From: an uncultured virus (IMG/VR IMGVR_UViG_3300037067_013436)
Taxonomy: Duplodnaviria > Heunggongvirae > Uroviricota > Caudoviricetes
Strand: one strand, 5' to 3'
Length of the DNA: 20,000 nt
Virus record (IMG/VR): IMGVR_UViG_3300037067_013436
Shown here in pieces: positions 19,865 through 20,000 of this stretch. Numbering within the stretch: position 1 is the first letter of the stretch; each line of letters opens with the position of its first letter. The notes beneath the pieces were generated by a model. That model was not told where the DNA came from and did not search any database. It saw only the letters and a list, made by a program, of their open reading frames with translations. Made by a program: the position numbers and the translations under genes.

Positions 19865-20000
19865 TGGACGACGGCCCTTATCCGGGCGGGAAACGCTATT
19901 GCGGGTCGAGGGATGGTTGCAAGTCCCAGTGCCCCTAAGGCTAACAGCGGTTGCATCCGGAAGGTGTCCGCGATTGTGGTAATCCTTCGTCGTCGTCCGC
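19865..20000 (+). ncRNA. Candidate structured non-coding RNA (tRNA-like or Y-RNA-like), may continue beyond the window
   Basis: GGACGACG (19866-19873) is complementary to CGTCGTCC (19991-19998) and encloses several hairpins, including GGTTGCAAGTCC (T-loop-like) and GATT-GTGGT-AATC (D-arm-like). Confidence 0.5.

Noticed and set aside
19866..20000. Canonical tRNA or tRNA-Sec gene
   Set aside because: It is too long (~135 nt), I find no anticodon arm in the standard position, and the T-like element precedes the D-like element. Kept only as a tRNA-like candidate.

Overview
This looks like a segment of a large bacteriophage genome (inference: phage-type gene content, tight gene packing, bacterial Shine-Dalgarno sites, standard code; no capsid, terminase or host-core genes in view). 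Bases 1-13526 (+) hold four tandem collagen-like genes. Their long Gly-X-Thr/Ser tracts separate globular modules that are shared pairwise between the genes: a discoidin/F5-8C-like domain, a ~77-aa beta module and a ~47-aa N-terminal module. They are probably virion fibre or surface proteins. The first gene is open from base 1, so its true start lies upstream. Bases 13523-17370 (-) carry a convergent block: a hypothetical protein with its own sigma70-like promoter, a metallophosphoesterase, a DUF3268-like Zn finger, a beta-class DNA methyltransferase with an atypical DPPD motif, an HNH endonuclease and a YodC/DUF2158-like protein. Bases 17458-19854 (+) carry small hypothetical genes, two SAM-dependent methyltransferases (one fused to a SEC-C motif) and a 54-aa Zn-finger gene missed by the ORF track. 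The last ~140 nt form a GC-rich, base-paired non-coding segment with T-loop-like and D-loop-like elements in permuted order, a candidate Y-RNA-like or tRNA-like ncRNA that may be cut by the window edge. All family calls are by eye from motifs; no searches were run.
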